DNA from: Lingula anatina
Taxonomy: Eukaryota > Animalia > Brachiopoda
NCBI GenBank assembly: GCA_051362555.1
Contig: CM120640.1
Location: 32,507,967 to 32,571,966 of the forward strand
Direction of reading: 5' to 3'
Length of the DNA stretch: 64,000 nt
A program made the translations under genes and the position numbers. Every line of letters begins with the position of its first letter. Position 1 is the first letter of the stretch. The notes below the pieces were generated by a model. That model had not been told where the DNA came from. It saw only the letters and a list, made by a program, of their open reading frames with translations, and made no database searches. Shown piece after piece: positions 1 to 15,000 of the stretch.

Positions 1-3000
1 AAAAATCAAATTTACTAACCTTAGCTTGGATCTAAGAGTGAAGTCCATGTCTGGGCGGGGTAGCTCATTATCTTTTTTGTCCTGTAAAAAAAAAATGAAA
101 AACAAGATAAGATTTTTTCAATTTACCCATCCCACCACACCCAAAAAATCAAATTTACTAACCTTAGCTTGAATCCAAGAGTGAAGTCCATGTCTGTGCG
201 GGGTCGTTCATCAACTTCTTTGTCCTGTAAAAAGAAATAAAAAAGAAGATTAGATTTTTTCAATTTACCCATAACAAAAAAATCAAATTTACTAACCTTA
301 GCTTGGATCTAAGAGTGAAGTCCATGTCTGGGCGGGGTAGCTCATTATCTTTTTTGTCCTGTAAAAAAAAAATGAAAAACAAGATAAGATTTTTTCAATT
401 TACCCATCCCACCACACCCAAAAAATCAAATTTACTAACCTTAGCTTGGATCCAAATGTGAAGTTCATGTCCAGGCAGGGTCACTTATCATCTTCTTTAT
501 CCTGTAAAAAGAAATAAAAACCAAAATTAGATTTTTTCAATTTACCCATCCCACCACACCAAAAAATTAAAATTTACTAACCTTAGCTTGGATCCAAGAG
601 TGAAGTCCATGGCCTTGCAAGTCGTTCATCATCTTCTTTGTCCTGTAAAAAGAAATGAAAAAGAAGATTAGATTTTTTCAATTTACGTATCCCAAAACCC
701 CAAAAAATCAAATTTACTAACCTTAGTTTGAATCCAAGAGTGAAGTCCATGTCCGGGCGGGGACGTTCATCATCTTCTTTGTCCTGTAAAAAGAAATAAA
801 AAACAAGATTAGATGTTTTCAATTTACCCATCCTACCAGCCCAAAAAAATAAAATTTACTAACCTTAACTTGGATCCAAGAGTTAAGTCCATGTCCAGGC
901 TGGGTCGTTCATCATCTTCTTTGTCCTGTAAAAAGAAATGAAAAACAAGATTAAGTTTTTTTCAATTTACCCATCCCACCATAACAAAAAAATCAAATTT
1001 ACTAACCTTAGCTTGGATCTAAAAGTGAAGTCCATGTCTGGGCGGGGTAGCTCATTATCTTCTTTGTCCTGTAAAAAAGAAATGAAAACATGATTAGATT
1101 TTTTCAATTTACTCAACCCACCACACCAAAAAATTAAAATTCACCAACCTTAGCTTGGATCCAAGAGTGAAGTCCATATCTGGGCGGGGTCGCTCATCAT
1201 CTTCTTTGTCCTGTAAAAAGAAATGAAAAACAAGATTAAGTTTTTTTCAATTTACCCATCCCACCATAACAAAAAAATCAAATTTACTAGCCTTAGCTTG
1301 GATCTAAGAGTGAAGTCCATGTCTGGGCGGGGTAGCTCATTATCTTCTTTGTCCTGTAAAAAAAAAATGAAAAACAAGATTAGATTTTTTCAATTTACCC
1401 ATCCCACCACACCAAAAAAATCAAATTTACTAACCTTAGCTTGGATCCAAGTGTGAAGTCCATATCTATGCGGGGTCGCTCATCATCTTCTTTATCCTGT
1501 AAAAAGAATTGAAAAAGAAGATTAGATTTTTTCAATTTACCTATCCCAAAACCCCCAAAAAATCAAATTTACTAACCTTAGCTTGGATCCAAGTGTGAAG
1601 TCCATATCTATGCGGGGTCGCTCATCATCTTCTTTATCCTGTAAAAAGAATTGAAAAAGAAGATTAGATTTTTTCAATTTACCTATCCCAAAACCACCAA
1701 AAAATTAAAATTTACCAACCTTAGCTTGGATCCAAGAGTGAAGTCCATATCTGGGCAGGGTCGCTCATCATCTTCTTTATCCTGTAAAAAAAAATGAAAA
1801 AGAAGATTAGATTTTTTCAATTTACCTATCCCAAAACCACCAAAAAATCAAATTTACTAACCTTAGCTTGGATCCAAGTGTGAAGTCCATATCTGGGCGG
1901 GGTCGCTCATCATCTTCTTTATCCTGTAAAAAGAAATGAAAAAGAAGATTAGATTTTTTCAATTTACCTATCCCAAAACCACCAAAAAATCAAATTTACT
2001 AACCTTAGCTTGGATCCAAGTGTGAAGTCCATGTCCAGGCTGTGTCGCTTATCATATTCTTTGTCAGTAAAAATAAATAAAAACAAGATTAGATGTTTTC
2101 AATGTACCCATCCCACCACACCAAAATAATCAAATTTACTAACCTTAGCTTGAATCCAAGAGTGAAGTCCATGTCTGTGCGGGGTCGTTCATCATCTTCT
2201 TTGTCCTGAAAAAAGAAATGAAAAAGAAGATTAGATTTTTTCAATTTACCTATTCCAAAACCCCCAAAAAATCAAATTTACTAACCTTAGCTTGGATCCA
2301 AGTGTGAAGTCCATGTCAGGGCGGGGTCGCTCATCATATTCTTTGTCTGTAAATAGAAATAAAAACAAGATTAGATTTTTCAATTTACCCATCCTAGCAT
2401 CCCAAAAAAATAAAATTTACTAACCTTAACTTGGATCCAAGAGTGAAGTCCATGTCAGGGCAGGGTCGTTCATCATCTTCTTTGTCCTGTAAAAAGAAAT
2501 AAAGAAGATTAGATTTTTTCAATTTACCTATCCCAAAACCACCAAAAAATCAAATTTACTAACCTTAGCTTGGATCCAAGTGTGAAGTCCATGTCCAGAC
2601 GGGGTCGCTTATCATATTCTTTGTCTGTAAAAATAAATAAAAACAAGATTAGATTTTTTCAATTTACCCATCCTAGCATCCCAAAAAAATCAAATTTACT
2701 AACCTTAGCTTGGATCCAAGTGTGAAGTCCATGTCCAGGCGGGGTTGCTTATCATATTCTTTGTCTGTAAAAATAAATAAAAACAAGATTAGATTTTTTC
2801 AATTTACCCATCCTAGCATCCCAAAAAAATCAAATTTACTAACCTTAACTTGGATCCAAGTGTGAAGTACATGTCAGGGCGGGGTCGTTCATCATCTTCT
2901 TTGTCCTGTAAAAAGAAATGAAAAAAAAAATTAGATTTTTTTCAATTTACCCATCCCACCACAACAAAAAAATCAAATTTACTAACATTTGCTTGGATCC

Positions 3001-6000
3001 AAGAGTGAATTCCATGTCCAGGCGGGGTCACTAATCATCTTCTATGTCCTGTAAAAAGAAATAAAAAACAAGATTAGATGTTTTCAATTTACCCATCCTA
3101 CCAGCCCAAAAAAATCTAATTTACTAACCTTAACTTGGATCCAAGAGTGAAGTCCATATCTGGGCGGGGTCGCTCATCATCTTCTTTGTCCTGTAAAAAA
3201 AAATGAAAAACAAGATTAGATTTTTTCAATTTACCCATCCCACCACACCAAAAAAATCAAATTTACTAACCTTAGCTTGAATCCAAGAGTGAAGTCCATG
3301 TCTGTGCGGGGTCGTTCATAATCTTCATTGTCCTGTAAAAAGAAATGAAAAAGAAGATTAGAATTTTTCAATTTACCTATCCCAAAACCCCCAAAAATTC
3401 AAATTTACTAACCTTAGCTTGGATCCAAGTGTGAAGTCCATATCTATGCGGGATCGCTCATCATCTTCTTTATCCTGTAAAAAGAATTGAAAAAGAAGAT
3501 TAGATTTTTTCAATTTACCTATCCCAAAACCACCAAAAAATTAAAATTTACCAACCTTAGACTGGATCCAAGAGTGAAGTCCATATCTGGGCAGGGTCGC
3601 TCATCATCTTCTTTATCCTGTAAAAAGAATTGAAAAAGAAGATTAGATTTTTTCAATTTACCTATCCCAAAACCACCAAAAAATCAAATTTACTAACCTT
3701 AGCTTGGATCCAAGTGTGAAGTCCATGTCCAAGCGGGGTCGCTTATCATATTCTTTGTCTGTAAAAATAAATAAAAACAAGATTAGATGTTTTCAATTTA
3801 CCCATCCCACCACACCAAAATAATCAAATTTACTAACCTTAGCTTGAATCCAAGAGTGAAGTCCATGTCTGTGCGGGGTCACTAATCATCTTCTATGTCC
3901 TGTAAAAAGAAATAAAAAACAAGATTAGATGTTTTCAATTTACCCATCCTACCAGCCCAAAAAAATCAAATTTACTAACCTTAACTTGGATCCAAGAGTG
4001 AAGTCCATGTCAGGGCAGGGTCGTTCATCATCTTCTTTCTCCTGTAAAAAGAAATGAAAAAGAAGATTAGATTTTTTCAATTTACCCATCCCACCACACC
4101 AAAAAAATCAAATTTACTAACCTTAGCTTGGATCCAAGAGTGAACTTCATGTCCAGGTGGGGTCACTCATAATCTTCTTTATCCTGTAAAAAGAAATAAA
4201 CACCAAGATTAGATTTTTTCAATTTACTCAACACACCACACCAAATAAATCAAATTTACTAACCTTAACTTGGATCCAATAGTGAAGTCCTTATCCAGGG
4301 GGGGTCGCTAATCATCTTCTATGTCCTGTAAAAAGAAACAAAAAACAAGATTCGATTTTTTCAATTCACCCATCCCACCACCCCCAAAAATTAAAATTTA
4401 CTAACCTTAGCTTGGATCCAAGAGTGAAGTCCATGTCCGGGCGAGGTCGCACATCACCTTCTTTGTCCTGTAAAAAGAAATGAAAAACAAGATTAGATTT
4501 TTTCAATTTACCCATCCTAGCATCCCAAAAAAATCAAATTTACTAACCTTAACTTGGATCCAAGAGTGAAGTCCACGTCCAGGCTGGATAGCTCATCATC
4601 TTCTTTGTCTGTAAAAAGAAATAAAAACAAAATAAGATTTTTTCAATTTAACCCATCCTAGCATCCCAGAAAAATGAAATTTACTAACCTTAGCTTGGAT
4701 CCAAGTCTGAAGTCCATGACCAGGCTGGATCCCTCATCATCTTCTTTGTCTGTAAAAAGAAATAAAAACCAAGATTAGATTTTTTCAATTTACCCATCCC
4801 GCCACCCCCAAAAATTAAAATTTACTAACCTTAGCTTGGATCCAAGAGTGAAGTCCATGTGCTGGCAGGGTCGTTCATCATCTTCTTTGTCCTGTAAAAA
4901 GAAATGAAAAACAAGATTAGATTTTTTCAATTAACCCATCCCACCACCCTAAAAAATTAAAATTTACTAACCTTAGCTTGGATCCAAGAGTGAAGTCCAT
5001 GTCTGGGCTGGGTCGCTCATCGTCTTCTTTGTCCTGTAAAAAGAATTGAAAAAACAAGATAAGATTTTTTCAATTTACCCATCCTAGCATCCCCAAAAAA
5101 TCAAATTTACTAACCTTAACTTGGATCCAAGACTAAAGTCCTTGTCCAGGTGGGGTCGCTCATCATATTCTTTGTCTGTAAAAAAAAATAAAAACAAGAT
5201 TAGATTTTTTCAATTTACCCATCCCAAAACCCCAAAAAATCAAATTTACTAACCTTAACTTGGATACATGAGTAAAGTCCATGTCTGTGCGGGGTCGTTC
5301 ATCATCTTCATTGTCCTGTAAAAAGAAATGAAAAAGAAAATTAGATTTTTTCAATTTACCTATCCCAAAACCCCCAAAAAATCAAATTTACTAACCTTAG
5401 CTTGGATCCAAGTGTGAAGTCCATATCTATGTGGGGTCGCTCATCATCTTCTTTATCCTGTAAAAAGAATTGAAAAAGAAGATTAGATTTTTTCAATTTA
5501 CCCATCCGAGCATCCCAAAAAAATCAAATTAACTAACCTTAACTTGGATCCAAGACTGAAGTCCATGACAAGGCTGGATCGCTCATCATCTTCTTTGTCT
5601 GTAAAAAGAAATAAAAACAAGATTAGATTTTTTCAATTTATCCATCCCACCACACCAAAAAATTAAAATTTACTAACCTTAGCTTGGATCCAAGAGTGAA
5701 GTCCATGTCCGGGCGAGGTCGCTCATCACCTTCTTTGTCCTGTAAAAAGAAATGAAAAACAAGATTAGATTTTTTCAATTTACCCATCCGAGCATCCCAA
5801 AAAAATCAAATTAACTAACCTTAACTTGGATCCAAGACTGAAGTCCATGACAAGGCTGGATCGCTCATCATCTTCTTTGTCTGTAAAAAGAAATAAAAAC
5901 AAGATTAGATTTTTTCAATTTATCCATCCCACCACACCAAAAAAATCAAATTTACTAACCTTAGCTTGAATCCAAGAGTGAAGTCCATGTCTGTGCGGGG

Positions 6001-9000
6001 TCGTTCATCATCTTCATTGTCCTGTAAAAAGAAATGAAAAAGAAGATTAGATTTTTTCAATTTACCTATCCCAAAACCCCCAAAAAATCAAATTTACTAA
6101 CCTTAGCTTGGATCCAAGTGTGAAGTCCATATCTATGCGGGGTCGCTCATCATCTTCTTTATCCTGTAAAAAGAATTGAAAAAGAAGATTAGATTTTTTC
6201 AATTTACCTATCCCAAAACAACCAAAAAATTAAAATTTACCAACCTTAGCTTGGATCCAAGAGTGAAGTCCATATCTGGGCGGGGTCGCTCATCATCTTC
6301 TTTATCCTGTAAAAAGAAATGAAAAAGAAGATTAGATTTTTTCAATTTACCTATCCCAAAACCCCCAAAAATTCAAATTTACTAACCTTAGCTTGGATCC
6401 AAGTGTGAAGTCAATGTCCGGGCGGGGTCGCTCATCATATTCTTTGTCTGTAAATAGAAATAAAAACAAGATTAGATTTTTCAATTTACCCATCCTAGCA
6501 TCCCAAAAAAATAAAATTTACTAACCTTAACTTGGATCCAAGAGTGAAGTCCATGTCAGGGCAGGGTCGTTCATCATCTTCTTTGTCCTGTAAAAAGAAA
6601 TGAAAAAGAAAATTAGATTTTTTCAATTTACCTATCCCAAAACCACAAAAAAATCAAATTTACTAACCTTAGCTTGGATCCAAGTGTGAAGTCCATGTCC
6701 AGGCGGGGTCGCTTATCATATTCTTTGTCTGTAAAAATTAATAAAAACAAGATTAGATTTTTTCAATTTACCCATCCTAGCATCCCAAAAAAATCAAATT
6801 TACTAACCTTAGCTTGGATCCAAGTGTGAAGTCCATGTCCAGGCGGGGTTGCTTATCATATTCTTTGTCTGTAAAAATAAATAAAAACAAGATTAGATTT
6901 TTTCAATTTACCCATCCTAGCATCCCAAAAAAATCAAATTTACTAACCTTAACTTGGATCTAAGAGTGAAGTACATGTCAGGGCGGGGTCGTTCATCATC
7001 TTCTTTGTTCTGTAAAAAGAAATGAAAAAAAAATTAGATTTTTTCAATTTACCCATCCCACCACAACAAAAAAATCAAATTTACTAACCTTAGCTTGGAT
7101 CCAAGAGTGAACTTCATGTCCAGGTGGGGTCACTCATAATCTTCTTTATCCTGTAAAAAGAAATAAACACCAAGATTAGATTTTTTCAATTTACTCAACC
7201 CACCACACCAAATAAATCAAATTTACTAACCTTAACTTGGATCCAAGAGTGAAGTCCTTATCCAGGGGGGGTCGCTAATCATCTTTTATGTCCTGTAAAA
7301 AGAAACAAAAAACAAGATTAGATTTTTTCAATTCACCCATCCCACCACCCCCAAAAATTAAAATTTACTAACCTTAGCTTGGATCCAAGAGTGAAGTCCA
7401 TGTCCGGGCGAGGTCGCACATCACCTTCTTTGTCCTGTAAAAAGAAATGAAAAACAAGATTAGATTTTTTCAATTTACCCATCCTAGCATCCCAAAAAAA
7501 TCAAATTTACTAACCTTAACTTGGATCCAAGAGTGAAGTCCACGTCCAGGCTGGATAGCTCATCATCTTCTTTGTCTGTAAAAAGAAATAAAAACAAAAT
7601 AAGATTTTTTCAATTTAACCCATCCTAGCATCCCAAAAAAATCAAATTTACTAACCTTAGCTTGGATCCAAGAGTGAAGTCCTTGTCCAGGCGGGGTCAC
7701 TTATCATCTTCTTTATCCTATAAAAAGAAATAAAAACCAAGATAAGATTTTTTCAATTTACCCATCCCGCCACCCCCAAAAATTAAAATTTACTAACCTT
7801 AGCTTGGATCCAAGAGTGAAGTCCATGTCTGGGCTGGGTCGCTCATCGTCTTCTTTGTCCTGTAAAAAGAATTGAAAAAACAAGATAAGATTTTTTCAAT
7901 TTACCCATCCTAGCATCCCCAAAAAATCAAATTTACTAACCTTAACTTGGATCCAAGACTAAAGTCCTTGTCCAGGTGGGGTCGCTCATCATATTCTTTG
8001 TCTGTAAAAAAAAATAAAAACAAGATTAGATTTTTTCAATTTACCCATCCCGCCACCCCCAAAAATTAAAATTTACTAACCTTAGCTTGGATCCAAGAGT
8101 GAAGTCCATGTCTGGGCTGGGTCGCTCATCGTCTTCTTTGTCCTGTAAAAAGAATTGAAAAAACAAGATAAGATTTTTTCAATTTACCCATCCTAGCATC
8201 CCCAAAAAATCAAATTTACTAACCTTAACTTGGATCCAAGACTAAAGTCCTTGTCCAGGTGGGGTCGCTCATCATATTCTTTGTCTGTAAAAAAAAATAA
8301 AAACAAGATTAGATTTTTTCAATTTACCCATCCCAAAACCCCAAAAAATCAAATTTACTAACCTTAACTTGGATACATGAGTAAAGTCCATGTCCGGGCT
8401 AGGTCGCTCATCACCTTCTTTGTCCTGTAAAAAGAAATGAAAAACAAGATTAGATTTTTTCAATTTACCCATCCGAGCATCCCAAAAAAATCAAATTAAC
8501 TAACCTTAACTTGGATCCAAGACTGAAGTCCATGACAAGGCTGGATCGCTCATCATCTTCTTTGTCTGTAAAAAGAAATAAAAACAAGATTAGATTTTTT
8601 CAATTTATCCATCCCACCACACCAAAAAAATCAAATTTACTAACCTTAGCTTGAATCCAAGAGTGAAGTCCATGTCTGTGCGGGGTCGTTCATCATCTTC
8701 ATTGTCCTGTAAAAAGAAATGAAAAAGAAGATTAGATTTTTTCAATTTACCTATCCCAAAACCCCCAAAAAATCAAATTTACTAACCTTAGCTTGGATCC
8801 AAGTGTGAAGTCCATATCTATGCGGGGTCGCTCATCATCTTCTTTATCCTGTAAAAAGAATTGAAAAAGAAGATTAGATTTTTTCAATTTACCTATCCCA
8901 AAACCACCAAAAAATTAAAATTTACCAACCTTAGCTTGGATCCAAGAGTGAAGTCCATATCTGGGCAGGGTCGCTCATCATCTTCTTTATCCTGTAAAAA

Positions 9001-12000
9001 AAAATGAAAAAGAAGATTAGATTTTTTCAATTTACCTATCCCAAAACCACCAAAAAATCAAATTTACTAACCTTAGCTTGGATCCAAGTGTGAAGTCCAT
9101 ATCTGGGCGGGGTCGCTCATCATCTTCTTTATCCTGTAAAAAGAAATAAAAAACAAGATTAGATGTTTTCAATTTACCCATCCTACCAGCCCAAAAAAAT
9201 CAAATTTACTAACCTTAACTTGGATCCAAGAGTGAAGTCCATGTCAGGGCAGGGTCGTTCATCATCTTCTTTCTCCTGTAAAAAGAAATGAAAAAGAAGA
9301 TTAGATTTTTTCAATTTACCCATCCCACCACACCAAAAAAATCAAATTTACTAACCTTAGCTTGGATCCAAGAGTGAACTTCATGTCCAGGTGGGGTCAC
9401 TCATAATCTTCTTTATCCTGTAAAAAGAAATAAACACCAAGATTAGATTTTTTCAATTTACTCAACACACCACACCAAATAAATCAAATTTACTAACCTT
9501 AACATGGATCCAATAGTGAAGTCCTTATCCAGGGGGGGTCGCTAATCATCTTCTATGTCCTGTAAAAAGAAACAAAAAACAAGATTAGATTTTTTCATTT
9601 CACCCATCCCACCACCCCCAAAAATTAAAATTTACTAACCTTAGCTTGGATCCAAGAGTGAAGTCCATGTCCGGGCGAGGTCGCACATCACCTTCTTTGT
9701 CCTGTAAAAAGAAATGAAAAACAAGATTAGATTTTTTCAATTTACCCATCCTAGCATCCCAAAAAAATCAAATTTACTAACCTTAACTTGGATCCAAGAG
9801 TGAAGTCCACGTCCAGGCTGGATAGCTCATCATCTTCTTTGTCTGTAAAAAGAAATAAAAACAAAATAAGATTTTTTCAATTTAACCCATCCTAGCATCC
9901 CAGAAAAATGAAATTTACTAACCTTAGCTTGGATCCAAGTCTGAAGTCCATGACCAGGCTGGATCCCTCATCATCTTCTTTGTCTGTAAAAAGAAATAAA
10001 AACCAAGATTAGATTTTTTCAATTTACCCATCCCGCCACCCCCAAAAATTAAAATTTACTAACCTTAGCTTGGATCCAAGAGTGAAGTCCATGTACTGGG
10101 CTGGGTCGCTCATCGTCTTCTTTGTCCTGTAAAAAGAATTGAAAAAACAAGATAAGATTTTTTCAATTTACCCATCCTAGCATCCCCAAAAAATCAAATT
10201 TACTAACCTTAACTTGGATCCAAGACTAAAGTCCTTGTCCAGGTGGGGTCGCTCATCATATTCTTTGTCTGTAAAAAAAAATAAAAACAAGATTAGATTT
10301 TTTCAATTTACCCATCCCAAAACCCCAAAAAATCAAATTTACTAACCTTAACTTGGATACATGAGTAAAGTCCTTGTCCAGGTGGGGTCGTTCATCATCT
10401 TCATTGTCCTGTAAAAAGAAATGAAAAAGAAAATTAGATTTTTTCAATTTACCTATCCCAAAACCCCCAAAAAATCAAATTTACTAACCTTAGCTTGGAT
10501 CCAAGTGTGAAGTCCATATCTATGCGGGGTCGCTCATCATCTTCTTTATCCTGTAAAAAGAATTGAAAAAGAAGATTAGATTTTTTCAATTTACCCATCC
10601 GAGCATCCCAAAAAAATCAAATTAACTAACCTTAACTTGGATCCAAGACTGAAGTCCATGACAAGGCTGGATCGCTCATCATCTTCTTTGTCTGTAAAAA
10701 GAAATAAAAACAAGATTAGATTTTTTCAATTTATCCATCCCACCACACCAAAAAATTAAAATTTACTAACCTTAGCTTGGATCCAAGAGTGAAGTCCATG
10801 TCCGGGCGAGGTCGCTCATCACCTTCTTTGTCCTGTAAAAAGAAATGAAAAACAAGATTAGATTTTTTCAATTTACTCATCCGAGCATCCCAAAAAAATC
10901 AAATTAACTAACCTTAACTTGGATCCAAGACTGAAGTCCATGACAAGGCTGGATCGCTCATCATCTTCTTTGTCTGTAAAAAGAAATAAAAACAAGATTA
11001 GATTTTTTCAATTTATCCATCCCACCACACCAAAAAAATCAAATTTACTAACCTTAGCTTGAATCCAAGAGTGAAGTCCATGTCTGTGCGGGGTCGTTCA
11101 TCATCTTCATTGTCCTGTAAAAAGAAATGAAAAAGAAGATTAGATTTTTTCAATTTACCTATCCCAAAACCCCCAAAAAATCAAATTTACTAACCTTAGC
11201 TTGGATCCAAGTGTGAAGTCCATATCTATGCGGGGTCGCTCATCATCTTCTTTATCCTGTAAAAAGAAATGAAAAAGAAGATTAGATTTTTTCAATTTAC
11301 CTCTCCCAAAACCACCAAAAAATCAAATTTACTAACCTTAGCTTGGATCCAAGTGTGAAGTCCATGTCCAAGCGGGGTCGCTTATCATATTCTTTGTCTG
11401 TAAAAATAAATAAAAACAAGATTAGATGTTTTCAATTTACCCATCCCACCACACCAAAATAATCAAATTTACTAACCTTAGCTTGAATCCAAGAGTGAAG
11501 TCCATGTCTGTGCGGGGTCGTTCATCATCTTCTTTGTCCTGAAAAAAGAAATGAAAAAGAAGATTAGATTTTTTCAATTTACCTATCCCAAAACCCCCCA
11601 AAAATCAAATTTACTAACCTTAGCTTGGATCCAAGTGTGAAGTCAATGTCCGAGCGGGGTCGCTCATCATATTCTTTGTCTGTAAATAGAAATAAAAACA
11701 AAATTAGATTTTTCAATTTACCCATCCTAGCATCCCAAAAAAATAAAATTTACTAACCTTAACTTGGATCCAAGAGTGAAGTCCATGTCAGGGCAGGGTC
11801 GTTCATCATCTTCTTTGTCCTGTAAAAAGAAATGAAAAAGAAAATTAGATTTTTTCAATTTACCTATCCCAAAACCACAAAAAAATCAAATTTACTAACC
11901 TTAGCTTGGATCCAAGTGTGAAGTCCATGTCCAGGCGGGGTCGCTTATCATATTCTTTGTCTGTAAAAATTAATAAAAACAAGATTAGATTTTTTCAATT

Positions 12001-15000
12001 TACCCATCCTAGCATCCCAAAAAAATCAAATTTACTAACCTTAGCTTGGATCCAAGTGTGAAGTCCATGTCCAGGCGGGGTTGCTTATCATATTCTTTGT
12101 CTGTAAAAATAAATAAAAACAAGATTAGATTTTTTCAATTTACCCATCCTAGCATCCCAAAAAAATCAAATTTACTAACCTTAACTTGGATCTAAGAGTG
12201 AAGTACATGTCAGGGCGGGGTCGTTCATCATCTTCTTTGTTCTGTAAAAAGAAATGAAAAAAAAAATTAGATTTTTTCAATTTACCCATCCCACCACAAC
12301 AAAAAAATCAAATTTACTAACCTTAGCTTGGATCCAAGAGTGAACTTCATGTCCAGGTGGGGTCACTCATAATCTTCTTTATCCTGTAAAAAGAAATAAA
12401 CACCAAGATTAGATTTTTTCAATTTACTCAACCCACCACACCAAATAAATCAAATTTACTAACCTTAACTTGGATCCAATAGTGAAGTCCTTATCCAGGG
12501 GGGGTCGCTAATCATCTTTTATGTCCTGTAAAAAGAAACAAAAAACAAGATTAGATTTTTTCAATTCACCCATCCCACCACCCCCAAAAATTAAAATTTA
12601 CTAACCTTAGCTTGGATCCAAGAGTGAAGTCCATGTCCGGGCGAGGTCGCACATCACCTTCTTTGTCCTGTAAAAAGAAATGAAAAACAAGATTAGATTT
12701 TTTCAATTTACCCATCCTAGCATCCCAAAAAAATCAAATTTACTAACCTTAACTTGGTTCCAAGAGTGAAGTCCACTTCCAGGCTGGATAGCTCATCATC
12801 TTCTTTGTCTGTAAAAAGAAATAAAAACAAAATAAGATTTTTTCAATTTAACCCATCCTAGCATCCCAAAAAAATCAAATTTACTAACCTTAGCTTGGAT
12901 CCAAGAGTGAAGTCCTTGTCCAGGCGGGGGGTCACTTATCATCTTCTTTATCCTATAAAAAGAAATAAAAACCAAGATTAGATTTTTTCAATTTACCCAT
13001 CCCGCCACCCCCAAAAATTAAAATTTACTAACCTTAGCTTGGATCCAAGAGTGAAGTCCATGTCTGGGCTGGGTCGCTCATCGTCTTCTTTGTCCTGTAA
13101 AAAGAATTGAAAAAACAAGATAAGATTTTTTCAATTTACCCATCCTAGCATCCCCAAAAAATCAAATTTACTAACCTTAACTTGGATCCAAGACTAAAGT
13201 CCTTGTCCAGGTGGGGTCGCTCATCATATTCTTTGTCTGTAAAAAAAAATAAAAACAAGATTAGATTTTTTCAATTTACCCATCCCAAAACCCCAAAAAA
13301 TCAAATTTACTAACCTTAACTTGGATACATGAGTAAAGTCCATGTCCGGGCTAGGTCGCTCATCACCTTCTTTGTCCTGTAAAAAGAAATGAAAAACAAG
13401 ATTAGATTTTTTCAATTTACCCATCCGAGCATCCCAAAAAAATCAAATTAACTAACCTTAACTTGGATCCAAGACTGAAGTCCATGACAAGGCTGGATCG
13501 CTCATCATCTTCTTTGTCTGTAAAAAGAAATAAAAACAAGATTAGATTTTTTCAATTTATCCATCCCACCACACCAAAAAAATCAAATTTACTAACCTTA
13601 GCTTGAATCCAAGAGTGAAGTCCATGTCTGTGCGGGGTCGTTCATCATCTTCATTGTCCTGTAAAAAGAAATGAAAAAGAAGATTAGATTTTTTCAATTT
13701 ACCTATCCCAAAACCCCCAAAAAATCAAATTTACTAACCTTAGCTTGGATCCAAGTGTGAAGTCCATATCTATGCGGGGTCGCTCATCATCTTCTTTATC
13801 CTGTAAAAAGAATTGAAAAAGAAGATTAGATTTTTTCAATTTACCTATCCCAAAACCACCAAAAAATTAAAATTTACCAACCTTAGCTTGGACCAAGAGT
13901 GAAGTCCATATCTGGGCGGGGTCGCTCATCATCTTCTTTATCCTGTAAAAAGAAATGAAAAAGAAGATTAGATTTTTTCAATTTACCTCTCCCAAAACCA
14001 CCAAAAAATCAAATTTACTAACCTTAGCTTTGATCCAAGTGTGAAGTCCATGTCCAAGCGGGGTCGCTTATCATATTCTTTGTCTGTAAAAATAAATAAA
14101 AACAAGATTAGATGTTTTCAATTTACCCATCCCACCACACCAAAATAATCAAATTTACTAACCTTAGCTTGAATCCAAGAGTGAAGTCCATGTCTGTGCG
14201 GGGTCGTTCATCATCTTCTTTGTCCTGAAAAAAGAAATGAAAAAGAAGATTAGATTTTTTCAATTTACCTATCCCAAAACCCCCCAAAAATCAAATTTAC
14301 TAACCTTAGCTTGGATCCAAGTGTGAAGTCAATGTCCGGGCGGGGTCGCTCATCATATACTTTGTCTGTAAATAGAAATAAAAACAAGATTAGATTTTTC
14401 AATTTACCCATCCTAGCATCCCAAAAAAATAAAATTTACTAACCTTAACTTGGATCCAAGAGTGAAGTCCATGTCAGGGCAGGGTCGTTCATCATCTTCT
14501 TTGTCCTGTAAAAAGAAATGAAAAAGAAGATTAGATTTTTTCAATTTACCTATCCCAAAACCACAAAAAAATCAAATTTACTAACCTTAGCTTGGATCCA
14601 AGTGTGAAGTCAATGTCCGGGCGGGGTCGCTCATCATATTCTTTGTCTGTAAATAGAAATAAAAACAAGATTAGATTTTTCAATTTACCCATCCTAGCAT
14701 CCCAAAAAAATAAAATTTACTAACCTTAGCTTGGATCCAAGTGTGAAGTCCATGTCCAGGCGGGGTCGCTTATCATATTCTTTGTCTGTAAAAATTAATA
14801 AAAACAAGATTAGATTTTTTCAATTTACCCATCCTAGCATCCCAAAAAAATCAAATTTACTAACCTTAGCTTGGATCCAAGTGTGAAGTCCATGTCCAGG
14901 CGGGGTTGCTTATCATATTCTTTGTCTGTAAAAATAAATAAAAACAAGATTAGATTTTTTCAATTTACCCATCCTAGCATCCCAAAAAAATCAAATTTAC

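Noticed and set aside
20-81. Box C/D snoRNA or hammerhead ribozyme in the monomer (ATGATGA on the minus strand of most copies)
   Set aside because: No conserved CTGA box D, and no CTGANGA...GAAA core with flanking stems.
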